IMG/VR virus record: IMGVR_UViG_3300020045_019002
Span: 1 to 36,983 of that record
Origin: a virus
Lineage: Duplodnaviria; Caudoviricetes
Reading direction: 5' to 3' (one strand)
DNA: 36,983 nt
Shown here: piece after piece, positions 9,848 through 18,471 of the stretch
How the letters are laid out: every line of letters starts with the position of its first letter
Position numbering within the stretch: position 1 is the first letter of the stretch
Program-made: the position numbers and the translations under genes
The notes under the pieces: model-generated
Told to the model about the DNA's origin: nothing
Seen by the model: the letters and a program-made list of their open reading frames with translations, nothing else
The model's database searches: none

Positions 9848-10786
9848 CTAGACTGTATAGTCTCGGCTAAGTGCAACCCAATCCATGACATTGGTATTTG
9901 CTCCAACAACAGTCGTTCCTAAGGTAAGTCCATAGATACTTCCGTTATCGGTTGGCTGATCAAGTGCAGTTGCTATTTCACCAAAAGGCACAACATGCGG
10001 GAAGCTAATTCCAGCAGCTGCGACAGCTGATGTTGGGAATGCAAATGCAGTGAAAGCGCTAGAGTCAATATTTACCGTAAAAGTACTTGCTGTTATGGCA
10101 GTGATTTGTCCAGTTCTTCCATTGATTTGAGTCATTCCCCATCCAGCAGGAACACGGATAGTTACGAGGTCGCCCACGGTATATCCATGATCTACTGATG
10201 TTGTTACAACTGCGCTAGCAGCGGCAGTAATAGCAGTGATCCATCGACGACGAGGTAAGAACCTAGCATCGTTGATGAGTCTCCAGCTACCCGCTGTTGC
10301 AGCAGCAGCAAATCCAGCTGAGGTTATGTTGGCAAGTTGAAAGCTTACGCCTGCAACTACTGTTCCAACAGTAAACTCTAGCCCTGCAACTTGAAGCATT
10401 CCAGTTGTTCCATAAACACGGACGATTTGTCCGGCTGTAGGAGTTGTTCCAGAAGAAACAACGGCTGGATTTGCTTGGTTGATTGCAGTGATTGCCGAAG
10501 CGGCTCCATCGCTATATGAGCTTTGGTCAACTTCGGTAAAACCGGCTCCACCAGCGGCAACAAGTGTGCCATTGAGTGCGCCAGCGCCAGATTCTGTAAT
10601 TGTCTTAGCTTGGCCAGCGGCATAGCCACGGTACCAGAAAGATTCAATTACAGCATTTGGGTTTGTTCCCCAAGTAGAGCGGTTGGTTACCTTGAAGTAA
10701 TCTACCGATTTTGGGAATGTTATTGTTCTTACAGCTCCATCAGAAGTGAAAGAACCAGAAGCAACTAAAGATAAAGGTGTGCTCAT
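9848..10786 (-). CDS. Virion structural (capsid-associated/decoration-like) protein, 312 aa
   Basis: Directly downstream of the capsid gene, SD AGGAG. Two repeated beta modules (AITAINQANPAVV / WITAITAAASAVVTTSVDHGY). Confidence 0.65.
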   Translation of the reverse strand: MSTPLSLVASGSFTSDGAVRTITFPKSVDYFKVTNRSTWGTNPNAVIESFWYRGYAAGQAKTITESGAGALNGTLVAAGGAGFTEVDQSSYSDGAASAITAINQANPAVVSSGTTPTAGQIVRVYGTTGMLQVAGLEFTVGTVVAGVSFQLANITSAGFAAAATAGSWRLINDARFLPRRRWITAITAAASAVVTTSVDHGYTVGDLVTIRVPAGWGMTQINGRTGQITAITASTFTVNIDSSAFTAFAFPTSAVAAAGISFPHVVPFGEIATALDQPTDNGSIYGLTLGTTVVGANTNVMDWVALSRDYTV

Positions 10787-10797
10787 ATTCTTACTCC

Positions 10798-10902
10798 TTA
10801 TGCGGCTGTGCAGCGAAGATTAAAGACCCAAGAATCATTAGTGATTCGTGGAACTTGTGCAAATCTGCATGCTGCTGTTTGTCTTAATTCTGCTGGGTCA
10901 TC
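10798..10902 (-). CDS. Major capsid protein exon 3 (DDPAELRQTAACRFAQVPRITNDSWVFNLRCTAA*)
   Basis: Follows the intron terminal G at 10903 and joins exon 2 in frame (HPPGHG|DDPAELRQT), resembling the N4-gp56-type C-terminal G-DP-x-Q-x-T motif. Confidence 0.85.
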   Translation of the reverse strand, partial: DDPAELRQTAACRFAQVPRITNDSWVFNLRCTAA

Positions 10903-10940
10903 CAAATTTCTGTTACTTAATGACTTAAATAGACTAATTA

Positions 10941-10949
10941 TGTTATAAT
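10941..10949 (+). promoter_or_regulatory. Extended -10 promoter element (TGTTATAAT) for the antisense LAGLIDADG gene
   Basis: TGnTATAAT ends 7 nt before ATG 10957; no SD, so probably leaderless. Confidence 0.6.
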
Positions 10950-10956
10950 TGCTGTT

Positions 10957-11856
10957 ATGAAAGATGATTTTGATCTTGCTTATGTAGCTGGATATATTGA
11001 TGGAGATGGCTCTTTTTATTGTCGAAAAGAACCTGACAAGAGAAATGGGAAGATCTATTTCCGGTGTGGAATAAGAATTTCTTCTACAAACGTCCAAGTT
11101 CTTCAGGATTTTAAATATCGCTTTGGTGGATCTGTTTCTAGCGGAGCGATTTATAAAAATCGATCCCATCATAAACCGATCTTCTCTTATCATCTTCAAA
11201 ATCAAAAAGCCTTTGCTCTCTCCAAATTGTTGATCCCTTTCCTTACAGAAAAAAAGCAACAAGCCGAAATACTGTGTCAGTTTTTCAAAAGCAAAAATTC
11301 TGATTTTAAAATATCTTGCACAACTAAAATTACAGAATGCAAAAGTCTTTCGAAAGATATTGATAGACCTATAAAAGAACTCATTACTAAAACAAAAAAC
11401 ACGATCGAACCAATAGCTGAAGATTTTTCTTATCTCGCTGGTTTTATCGACGCTGAATGTTGTCTTAAAATTATGAGAACTAGAGGTTCTAAAAAACTCT
11501 CTCAAAAAATTTATCTTTGCTGTAACAACACATCCTATACAGTTTTTAAATGGATAATTCCTAGATTTGGAGGCAATTTGTATTTTGTTTCTAGAACAAA
11601 CAAAAACCCAAGTTGCAGCGATCAACTTTATTGGTATATTTCCAGTAAGGCTCTCGAACTTCTTCTTCCGAAGATTTATCCAGTACTCAGATTTAAAAAA
11701 CCTATATGCAAACAATTGATAAACTTTTCTGAAACAATATTTCCAAATGGAGGAGATCGCCAGTCCAAGCAATTCAAAACTGCTCTGGCTTTTGCTCTTC
11801 TCAAGCGTGAATTTATTATCCAAAAAGTTCATCTTTTAAACCGTAAAGGTTGTTAA
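10957..11856 (+). CDS. Double-motif LAGLIDADG homing endonuclease, antisense inside intron 2, 299 aa
   Basis: Motifs LAYVAGYIDGDGSF and FSYLAGFIDAECCL; RFGG turns; LIPFLTEKKQQAEI. Confidence 0.92.
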   Translation: MKDDFDLAYVAGYIDGDGSFYCRKEPDKRNGKIYFRCGIRISSTNVQVLQDFKYRFGGSVSSGAIYKNRSHHKPIFSYHLQNQKAFALSKLLIPFLTEKKQQAEILCQFFKSKNSDFKISCTTKITECKSLSKDIDRPIKELITKTKNTIEPIAEDFSYLAGFIDAECCLKIMRTRGSKKLSQKIYLCCNNTSYTVFKWIIPRFGGNLYFVSRTNKNPSCSDQLYWYISSKALELLLPKIYPVLRFKKPICKQLINFSETIFPNGGDRQSKQFKTALAFALLKREFIIQKVHLLNRKGC

Positions 11857-12059
11857 CTTATTTAAGCGGGGAAAGTTCTTCGACTCTCCCTCTCGGGGTT
11901 TCCTCCCGAGTTCAGACTATCGCTTCTCTTTTCAGAGTCTCTAGACTTAGTCGTTCACGCTGCAAGAAGCATTTCTGCTTCAGCTTGCGCCTTGTCGCCA
12001 TAGCTTTCGCCGTAGGTGTCCAAGTCAATCACTAGAGATTTATCCACGGCAATGACTTC

Positions 12060-12555
12060 ACCGTGACCTGGTGGATGAAAAATGAAAGCAGCCGATTGGC
12101 TAGTTTGATCAATCACTCCATAAGCTTCTCTACCTGTTACGAATACGTTGTAGATATCCGCTCCAAGTAAGGACGCATTAGTGGTAATGGAACCGCGTGA
12201 AGAGACCATAAATCGGATGTTTCCGACAGATCCCCATTCGGCTGAACCAACACCTTGTTGATTTGGATATTGGGCCTTTTCAATGAATCCAGCTACGTTG
12301 CGAAGCTGACCGATCATGTCTGTGTGAGCCATCCCAAAATAGGCATCCATAATTGGGCCTGTACCAAATTTATCATCCCCTTCTTTCATGGACGTGATAA
12401 AATCAGCATCGTTTGATTGAAGAGTTTGAACTACAGCATCCACATCGGCGGCTGTAATTTCTGTGGGGTTATCGCCGTTTGTTCCATTTACGCAGTTAAC
12501 TACTGAAGCCGTTCCTGCCAGCATATCGCGGCAAAGTTCGTCTTCTGTTTCACGC
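12060..12555 (-). CDS. Major capsid protein exon 2
   Basis: (AT|G)RETEDELCRDMLAG...AYFGMAHTDM...YPNQQGVGSAEWGSVGNIRFMVSS...GREAYG...HPPGHG, an N4-gp56/HK97-fold core pattern. Confidence 0.88.
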
Positions 12556-12704
12556 CAAAATCTGTTACTTTCACCTTTCTGGGCTACTGACCATATTTCT
12601 ATGGCGGAAGGTCTTGTTATTCCCTTCTCCAAATCTTTCGAAATGGGTCGGACTATCGCACATGGTATTTTATAACCATTCAAACCGCTTAGTCTCTGCG
12701 GGTC

Positions 12705-12733
12705 TTGATTTCTTTTCAGTTTCACTGTAAACT
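12705..12733 (+). promoter_or_regulatory. Sigma70-type promoter TTGATT-N17-TAAACT for the antisense LAGLIDADG gene
   Basis: The -10 element ends 7 nt before ATG 12741, the same geometry as in intron 2. Confidence 0.55.
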
Positions 12734-12740
12734 CATTGGA

Positions 12741-13670
12741 ATGAAAGAAGAATTGTTTTATCTTGCTGGCTATTTTGAAGGAGATGGATGTTTTCGAATT
12801 TCTAAATATCTTCAAAAAAAGAAGAATATTTTTGTTTACGAGCGTTCCATGACTATTACAAGTGTTTGTAAACCAACAATAGAATTTTTCTGTAATCAAT
12901 TTAATGGATTTATGCAAATCGTTGCATCGAAAGAAAGAAAAAAAACAGCCTTTGTCTGGACTATAAAAGGAAAAGAATCGGCTTGTCTTGCCAAAAAACT
13001 TCTTCCTTATTTTATTAGCAAAAAAACAGAATGTTCTTTGTTTATAGATATAGACAATTCGGTTGTACAAAATAATTTCAAAAAAGTTTCTAGTAAAATA
13101 CGTGAAAAGCGAGAAGCTCTTTTTGATCAACTTAAAACTGATCGTCACAAAACGTTGCTTGTTATAAAAGAAAAAATAGATGTTATTTCTAAGACTAAAA
13201 AAACTGTCGTACCATTTTGGTATGACTATATTTTTCTTGCAGGTCTTGCAGATGCTGAAGGATGCTTTAGAATTTGTGCTAGGCACCGCAACAGAAACAA
13301 CAAAAAAGAAAAGATTTATAATATCACTTTTGAAATTGGAAATACTAAGATTGCCATAATTGAATGGCTTGTTGATAGATTTGGCGGCAATGTTACCTTT
13401 ATTGAGGCAAAAAAAACATGGAAAGGTAAACGTGCAATTGCCATTTGGGCTATCCATTCTAAATCTCTTTTTCCAATTTTGAATAAAATTCATCCTTTTC
13501 TTAAAAATAAACAAGCTGTTTGTGAAGAGCTTATTAAATTCCAACAAACAATTCTTCCTAATGGAGGCGATAGACACAGCGACTCTTTTAAAAAAGATAT
13601 CGCTCGACGAAAAGCCATAAGAGAAGATATTATTAGCGCCGTTCATATTTTGAATCGCAAAGGAATTTAA
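12741..13670 (+). CDS. Double-motif LAGLIDADG homing endonuclease, antisense inside intron 1, 309 aa
   Basis: Motifs LFYLAGYFEGDGCF and YIFLAGLADAEGCF. Shares the C-terminal TI-PNGGDR-S--FK...VH-LNRKG with the intron 2 enzyme. Confidence 0.92.
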   Translation: MKEELFYLAGYFEGDGCFRISKYLQKKKNIFVYERSMTITSVCKPTIEFFCNQFNGFMQIVASKERKKTAFVWTIKGKESACLAKKLLPYFISKKTECSLFIDIDNSVVQNNFKKVSSKIREKREALFDQLKTDRHKTLLVIKEKIDVISKTKKTVVPFWYDYIFLAGLADAEGCFRICARHRNRNNKKEKIYNITFEIGNTKIAIIEWLVDRFGGNVTFIEAKKTWKGKRAIAIWAIHSKSLFPILNKIHPFLKNKQAVCEELIKFQQTILPNGGDRHSDSFKKDIARRKAIREDIISAVHILNRKGI

Positions 13671-13765
13671 TGTTCAAGTTCCCTCTGGTTGTCATAGGAA
13701 GTTATGCAGCTTCCCTTAGATTTTCCAAGGTATTCAGGTTTGATTTAAAGTCCACACGTATGTTT

Positions 13766-14118
13766 ATGGACTGACCCAATCTTGCAGCAGCGGCATTCAA
13801 AACTGGATCTTCATTGATGGCCGTCACCTGACGGGTCAAAATTACATAAGTTGCGTAGAAATCAATCCGTGCATCCAAGTCCACTGCATTTAATTGTTGT
13901 GCAGGTGGGTTGTTGAATGTTGTATTGAGTGGAACTGGGAATGTATTAAGGCGCGTGTAGCGTCTCATACGCATAATATCTCCGCTTCTGTCCGGCATCA
14001 CATAAGGTGTTGCGAAAGCTTTGTGAATCAATCTCGCTTGAGGAGTTGCTAAAAGCTTTTCGTTGAACCGTTGTGCTACAGGAGGTGGCAAAGATGTGCT
14101 TGTTGTAATAGCACTCAT
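13766..14118 (-). CDS. Major capsid protein exon 1 (N4-gp56-like; spliced CDS 954 nt, 317 aa)
   Basis: After the scaffold gene, SD GGAG. MSAITTSTSLPPPV...MPDRSGDIMRMRRYTRL...EDPVLNAAAARLGQS; AT|G rebuilds a Met codon on splicing. Confidence 0.88.
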
Positions 14119-14134
14119 TTGTTACTCCGTATTG

Positions 14135-14824
14135 TTAATACCCTCCCTGGCCGCATCTCATCATTTCTGCATAGAGTTCATCTTTAGAGTAAGCATTTGC
14201 CTGCGATAACGGACGCTGCTTGCCGAGTGAATTGCTGCTTATTGGCTTCTTGGAGTTTTCATCTATTTTTTCAGCGCTTACCTTATTTGCCTGCTTTTCT
14301 CGAAAAAAATTGGCCTTCTTAATTTCTTTATAAGCCCGCTCGTAAGGATTGCGCGATTTCTGTATGAGATCTTCCAGTTCTGGGTCTTCTTTTACTAATT
14401 GTTCTATATGTTCAGGTGTTACAACTTGTTCATAGTCTTTGTATTGAGACTTGACTTGCGCGGGCTGCTGAGCAACTTCCCTTTTGCGAAACTCTTGTTC
14501 GACTAGTTCACGAGCCTTTTTTTCAGCCATCTTTTCGGTGTATTTCGACACCTGGCCGAATGTGATAAGGTCATCTGCCTGTAGCTGTGAAAACTCGTCT
14601 GGTTCCGCTTGTGGTTTTGGTGCTTGCGCCCTTTGCATCTCTTGCATCAATTCATAATTCTGCTGCTCAAGTTGCTTCATCTTCTGCTCCATTCGCCTGA
14701 AGTTATACTCTTTCGAGCCTGCTTCAGCCTCTTGGGGCTTTTCAGTAGACTGTTTAGCTTCCTCTGGAGCCTCGACGACTTGTTGCTCTTGTTTTACGTC
14801 TTCTTGGGATGCCTCTTCTGTCAT
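14135..14824 (-). CDS. Capsid scaffolding protein (putative), 229 aa
   Basis: Acidic N-terminus, E/Q/K-rich coiled coil, directly upstream of the capsid gene. Confidence 0.7.
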   Translation of the reverse strand: MTEEASQEDVKQEQQVVEAPEEAKQSTEKPQEAEAGSKEYNFRRMEQKMKQLEQQNYELMQEMQRAQAPKPQAEPDEFSQLQADDLITFGQVSKYTEKMAEKKARELVEQEFRKREVAQQPAQVKSQYKDYEQVVTPEHIEQLVKEDPELEDLIQKSRNPYERAYKEIKKANFFREKQANKVSAEKIDENSKKPISSNSLGKQRPLSQANAYSKDELYAEMMRCGQGGY

Positions 14825-14895
14825 ACCACTCCTTTTTGGTTTGCGAGACCAATACGCAAAGAGCCTGTAACGTAGGCAATTCGTATATTAAGCTC

Positions 14896-14924
14896 AAGTT
14901 ATTGAACTAATTGTTAATAGTCAA
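14896..14924 (-). promoter_or_regulatory. Sigma70-type promoter TTGACT-N17-TAACTT for the scaffold-capsid operon
   Basis: Matches the element at 9745-9773. Confidence 0.65.
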
Positions 14925-14947
14925 ATCTTTATTAAATAGGAATAAAA

Positions 14948-15403
14948 TTAGATGAGCAACGGATGTTTTTTTGACTTTGCTTCCAATTCTTTATATTTTT
15001 TGACAGAGAAAACTGTCTGGCTGTCATAATCATTGGGGTGCGACAAAACGTCATTCATACGTCTATATTCAGGAAGCGACCACAAAAGCTCAATATGGCC
15101 AACTCCTTTATCTATATAGTAAACCTCTGTTGCAGGCTCCATTGGGGGAATTGTCGTTCTTTTTACAAAAACAAACGATATTGTTCTACCTTTTTCAATG
15201 GGCGTTTTTTCCCAGATAGCCATAACGTAAAACTGTTCAGGCATTTCGGGTGATTCGGCTGCGTCTATCAATTCGCGCATGTAAGAGCCACCCATTGACT
15301 TGATTAAGTCGCCATCTTCTATCTTATCTCCGACTACATGGGCTTCTTTCGTCTCTGCAAGAAGTGTTCCAAGTGTCTCTCTTTCAGCAAACTGTGATTT
15401 CAC
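14948..15403 (-). CDS. Hypothetical protein, 151 aa
   Basis: GTG after GAGG; globular composition (IELLWSLP); between portal and scaffold. Confidence 0.7.
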   Translation of the reverse strand: MKSQFAERETLGTLLAETKEAHVVGDKIEDGDLIKSMGGSYMRELIDAAESPEMPEQFYVMAIWEKTPIEKGRTISFVFVKRTTIPPMEPATEVYYIDKGVGHIELLWSLPEYRRMNDVLSHPNDYDSQTVFSVKKYKELEAKSKKHPLLI

Positions 15404-15412
15404 TTTACCTCT

Positions 15413-15480
15413 AAAAAAGAGCCGAATTGCAATGGCAACCTAAGGACAGGGGGGTCAACAAGGAGTGTGCAGTTCGGCTC
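15413..15480 (-). terminator. Long-loop stem followed by T6 (terminator/attenuator-like)
   Basis: GAGCCGAACTGCA-N36-TGCAATTCGGCTC-TTTTTT (12 of 13 pairs). Confidence 0.55.
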
Positions 15481-15486
15481 AAATCG

Positions 15487-15651
15487 CTAATATCTAGCGT
15501 CTTTTACGCTTTCTTGTTGTTTGATTACGATTTCAGAAGCGGGGGCAAGTGCTCCAGAATAACGTGTTGGTGCGTTCATCTGCTGCTTGATCACAATTTG
15601 TGAATCAGAAGCAAGCATGCCGCTCTTGCTTTGTTTAATTTTCTTGTCCAT
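15487..15651 (-). CDS. Small protein with an internal duplication, 54 aa
   Basis: Below the track cutoff; SD GAGG. MDKKIKQSKSGMLASDSQIVIKQQMNAPTRYSGALAPASEIVIKQQESVKDARY. Confidence 0.65.
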   Translation of the reverse strand: MDKKIKQSKSGMLASDSQIVIKQQMNAPTRYSGALAPASEIVIKQQESVKDARY

Positions 15652-15995
15652 CTGTTCCTCCATGGATAGTGGTACCGTTAGTTTACGATATATTTAAAAC
15701 AAAATTTTTACGCAAACATAATAATCATTATTTCAGATTTAAAGAAAAGCTGATCCTATAGAGACGCTTTTGGATTTTTCTTAAAAAACATTATATAAGA
15801 AGAATTAGAGATGCCATGGCGCAAATCAGAAAAACAAAGACAATCATCCACATAGTTACTTACCTATATTTTTTGTCGAATGCGAGATGAACAAAGTCTC
15901 GGATCTTTTTAGTCCATTTGCTAAAAAACCCTTCTCTTGGCCTCATAACGTAACAATCTGGATATCTTTTTTCTAACTTTCTTGTTTTCACCCTC

Positions 15996-18008
15996 TTAAC
16001 CGACATTTCCCTCTTCTCCTATAGTTTCATCTCCTCCTTTATTCGGAAAAAGACCCAGTTTTTCAGCCAAATCGACAAGTGCATTAATCTGTGAAATATC
16101 GAGATCTTGAAGTTCCTTGAGTGTTCTTGCACGATTGAGCCTTGCATCCGATATATCCTCGATTGCTTTAGCTCTTCTCTCAATGGCCAATTCCTGATTT
16201 TCGGCAATTCTAGCCTTTCTTTCTAATCCTAGCCCCTTATCAGCTTCCGCCCTCGCATTAGCAAGGTTGATTTGCGCCTGTAGTTGTTGCATTTGAAGTT
16301 GTTGTGCTTGCGCTTGAGCTTCTGATGCAGCCTTTGCTTGTGCTTCCATGGCTGCTTTAAGATCTTTTTTCTCTGGAATCGGAGCCTTATCGATAAGGAT
16401 TTCAGGCGGAATCTGGATGCCAAGCTTTTGCATCTCAAGGAGCGTAATAAAAGAAGCCTTGCGTTGTGTCTCTGTTAGCGTTCCTTCGGTCACGACGGAG
16501 TCATATTTCTGGAATGACTTGTTGAAGAATTGCTCCGATGGGTCTTCTCCAAGAACCCTACGCACTTTTCCATGCTCCCAGTTTTCTTGGATGATCGCCA
16601 TAGTAATTTCCCCTAGAATCTTTTGTGATCGATCTAGGTTGTCGAAAAGAGATTGTAGGGTAGTTAGTCCAGCACCTTGTCGCATCATAGACAAAATGCC
16701 CGCTTTGTCGTCTTGGGCTGATCCTAGTAATTCTTCATTAACCCCAGAAATTTGATTTATTTCTTGCGATAGCATCTCCGAGAGTTGGATCATGGAAGGT
16801 GGGATTTGCGGTGGAATGAGTGATTCCACTGATCCCATGCCTAGGGGTGCGTCTTTTTTGAGAAACAGGGCTCGTCCTTGGCCCGTTAGGAAAGCGTCGT
16901 TATCATCTACGAGACTATCCTCCATTACTTTAAATCCTGAATTTAATTGAGATTCTAGAATGTCTAGTTCGATGATTTTTCGACGGTTATAGAGATACTG
17001 AGCATCTCTAAGTCCGCGGACGATCCCCTGAATTTTCCACTCATAATAAGGAGCTTCTGGCTCAAAATATCCCAGAACTGGAATAAATGGATATGGATCA
17101 ATACCAAGAGGGTTCGGGCCATCAAACATCACTATGTTATTTACAACAATAGCGAGTCTTGTTGTCCTCTTCTCCGTTTTTGTGACCTTGACTTGTGGAT
17201 AATCACGTAAAAATAATTTTAAATTCTTATCTGTTCCTTTCCACTCGAGCACTTCTCCGCTTTGCATATCGACAAGGAGGTTTTGACTCCGAAAGTCTTG
17301 ATACCAATATTCATCGAGTGCCACCAGATTTGTTGAATCTGAGCGAAAGTTCGGAGGAAGCCATCTAAATTTATTGTCCTTAAAAGATCCACTCATCTGC
17401 ATGATTTCTTTTTTTCTCTCAGGGATTAGTGAGGCTGCCTGATCACGCGTTAAAAACTTTCTCGTCCAGATAAATGCGGCATCACTCATATCCGGCTTTG
17501 TAAAATACTGATCGAGAAGCACGTTGTTGTAATTGAGATTATCGATGCGGATATCTCCATTGACAGGATCCGATCTAAAATCAAGCCACACGGACATTAG
17601 ATTTAGGCCTGTTGTCAGCGCTCCTTCAAACGCTTCTGAGATAGTGTGATATGCATTGGTTTGATTGTTTACCCACTGAAGAAGTGTAGAGAATTGATCC
17701 GCCGTTAGCTCGTCTGAACCCTCTTGAGGCATAACGACTGTACTTTTTCTGTTTCGCCTTTGATAACCCGATACCATGTTGACGACACGACGAATCCGAT
17801 TAAAGTTAAACCGCTTCTTGTGAGTATTAATGCCATTTCCATATATCTCATTCCAGAGATTCTGATCGCCTGTTTTAAAGCGTGTATCCGTCGTCCCTTC
17901 GTTCCAAAAAGTTTCATTTGCCTGTGAGTTTTCGGAAAAGCTTTGTGACATTCTTTTTAGAATGTCGTTTCCACCATCAACGTAAAAATCTGGGTTTAAA
18001 AGTGCCAT
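15996..18008 (-). CDS. Portal protein, P22-like, 670 aa
   Basis: FKTGDQ-W...FNRIRRVVNMVSGYQRRNR; YPFIP; GIVRGLRDAQYLYNRR; INQISGVNEELLG; Gln-rich C-terminal barrel helix. Confidence 0.92.
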   Translation of the reverse strand: MALLNPDFYVDGGNDILKRMSQSFSENSQANETFWNEGTTDTRFKTGDQNLWNEIYGNGINTHKKRFNFNRIRRVVNMVSGYQRRNRKSTVVMPQEGSDELTADQFSTLLQWVNNQTNAYHTISEAFEGALTTGLNLMSVWLDFRSDPVNGDIRIDNLNYNNVLLDQYFTKPDMSDAAFIWTRKFLTRDQAASLIPERKKEIMQMSGSFKDNKFRWLPPNFRSDSTNLVALDEYWYQDFRSQNLLVDMQSGEVLEWKGTDKNLKLFLRDYPQVKVTKTEKRTTRLAIVVNNIVMFDGPNPLGIDPYPFIPVLGYFEPEAPYYEWKIQGIVRGLRDAQYLYNRRKIIELDILESQLNSGFKVMEDSLVDDNDAFLTGQGRALFLKKDAPLGMGSVESLIPPQIPPSMIQLSEMLSQEINQISGVNEELLGSAQDDKAGILSMMRQGAGLTTLQSLFDNLDRSQKILGEITMAIIQENWEHGKVRRVLGEDPSEQFFNKSFQKYDSVVTEGTLTETQRKASFITLLEMQKLGIQIPPEILIDKAPIPEKKDLKAAMEAQAKAASEAQAQAQQLQMQQLQAQINLANARAEADKGLGLERKARIAENQELAIERRAKAIEDISDARLNRARTLKELQDLDISQINALVDLAEKLGLFPNKGGDETIGEEGNVG

Positions 18009-18142
18009 AGTTCGCAGCTTGTCGGGGTTTTCTTTTTACATTATCTATAAAGGCTTTTTTTGAATATGGTATATTTATACGGGAAAAACTAGGAATAATT
18101 GAACTGGTATGTTAAGATTACAAGGCAAAAAAAGGACAACCG

Positions 18143-18463
18143 ATGGATGAGTCACCCCATTGGATTTTAAGTTTCATCAACACTCCGTTTCCTCTTTTAG
18201 GCGTCTTGGCTTCTATCATTGGATATTTAGCTATCCATTCGCTTAATAGCATAAGCAGGAAATTCGACTCTCTGGAAAGAAAAATTGATTCCAGTATTGC
18301 AAAACTGGATTCAACCATAGAAAAAATGGATTCAAAGATAGAAAAACTAGACTCTAAAATAGAAAAACAAAATGACGCTATTTTGCAGAATTCTCAGCGT
18401 ATCTCGATGATTGAGGGATATCTATGGTCAGACCTAAATAAAAACAGAAACCTCGATCGGTAA
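18143..18463 (+). CDS. Membrane-anchored coiled-coil protein with heptad repeats, 106 aa
   Basis: TM LLGVLASIIGYLAI; repeats SSIAKLD-STIEKMD-SKIEKLD-SKIEK. Confidence 0.8.
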   Translation: MDESPHWILSFINTPFPLLGVLASIIGYLAIHSLNSISRKFDSLERKIDSSIAKLDSTIEKMDSKIEKLDSKIEKQNDAILQNSQRISMIEGYLWSDLNKNRNLDR

Positions 18464-18471
18464 GGGAAACA

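Larger units (their letters stand above)
10903..12059 (-). mobile_element. Group I intron 2 in the major capsid gene (1157 nt)
   Basis: P1 CACGGU/GCCGUG with U-G at the 5' splice site; P10 GUCAUU/GAUGAC; P7 elements GAACGACUAA and GCGAUAGUCUG; terminal ...AAGUAACAGAAAUUUG. The ORF sits 3' of the core (P9 region). Confidence 0.9.
12556..13765 (-). mobile_element. Group I intron 1 in the major capsid gene (1210 nt)
   Basis: P1 GUCCAU/GUGGAC with U-G; P10 UACGU/GCGUG; P3 UCAAACC/GGUUUGA; P7 elements GCAGAGACUAAG and GCGAUAGUCCG; terminal ...AAGUAACAGAUUUUG. The ORF sits between the P4-P6 region and P7. Confidence 0.9.

Noticed and set aside
13702-14118. Capsid gene fragments read as a pseudogene, programmed frameshift or stop-codon recoding
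   Set aside because: Group I intron pairings give exact in-frame joins, and other genes read normally in the standard bacterial code.
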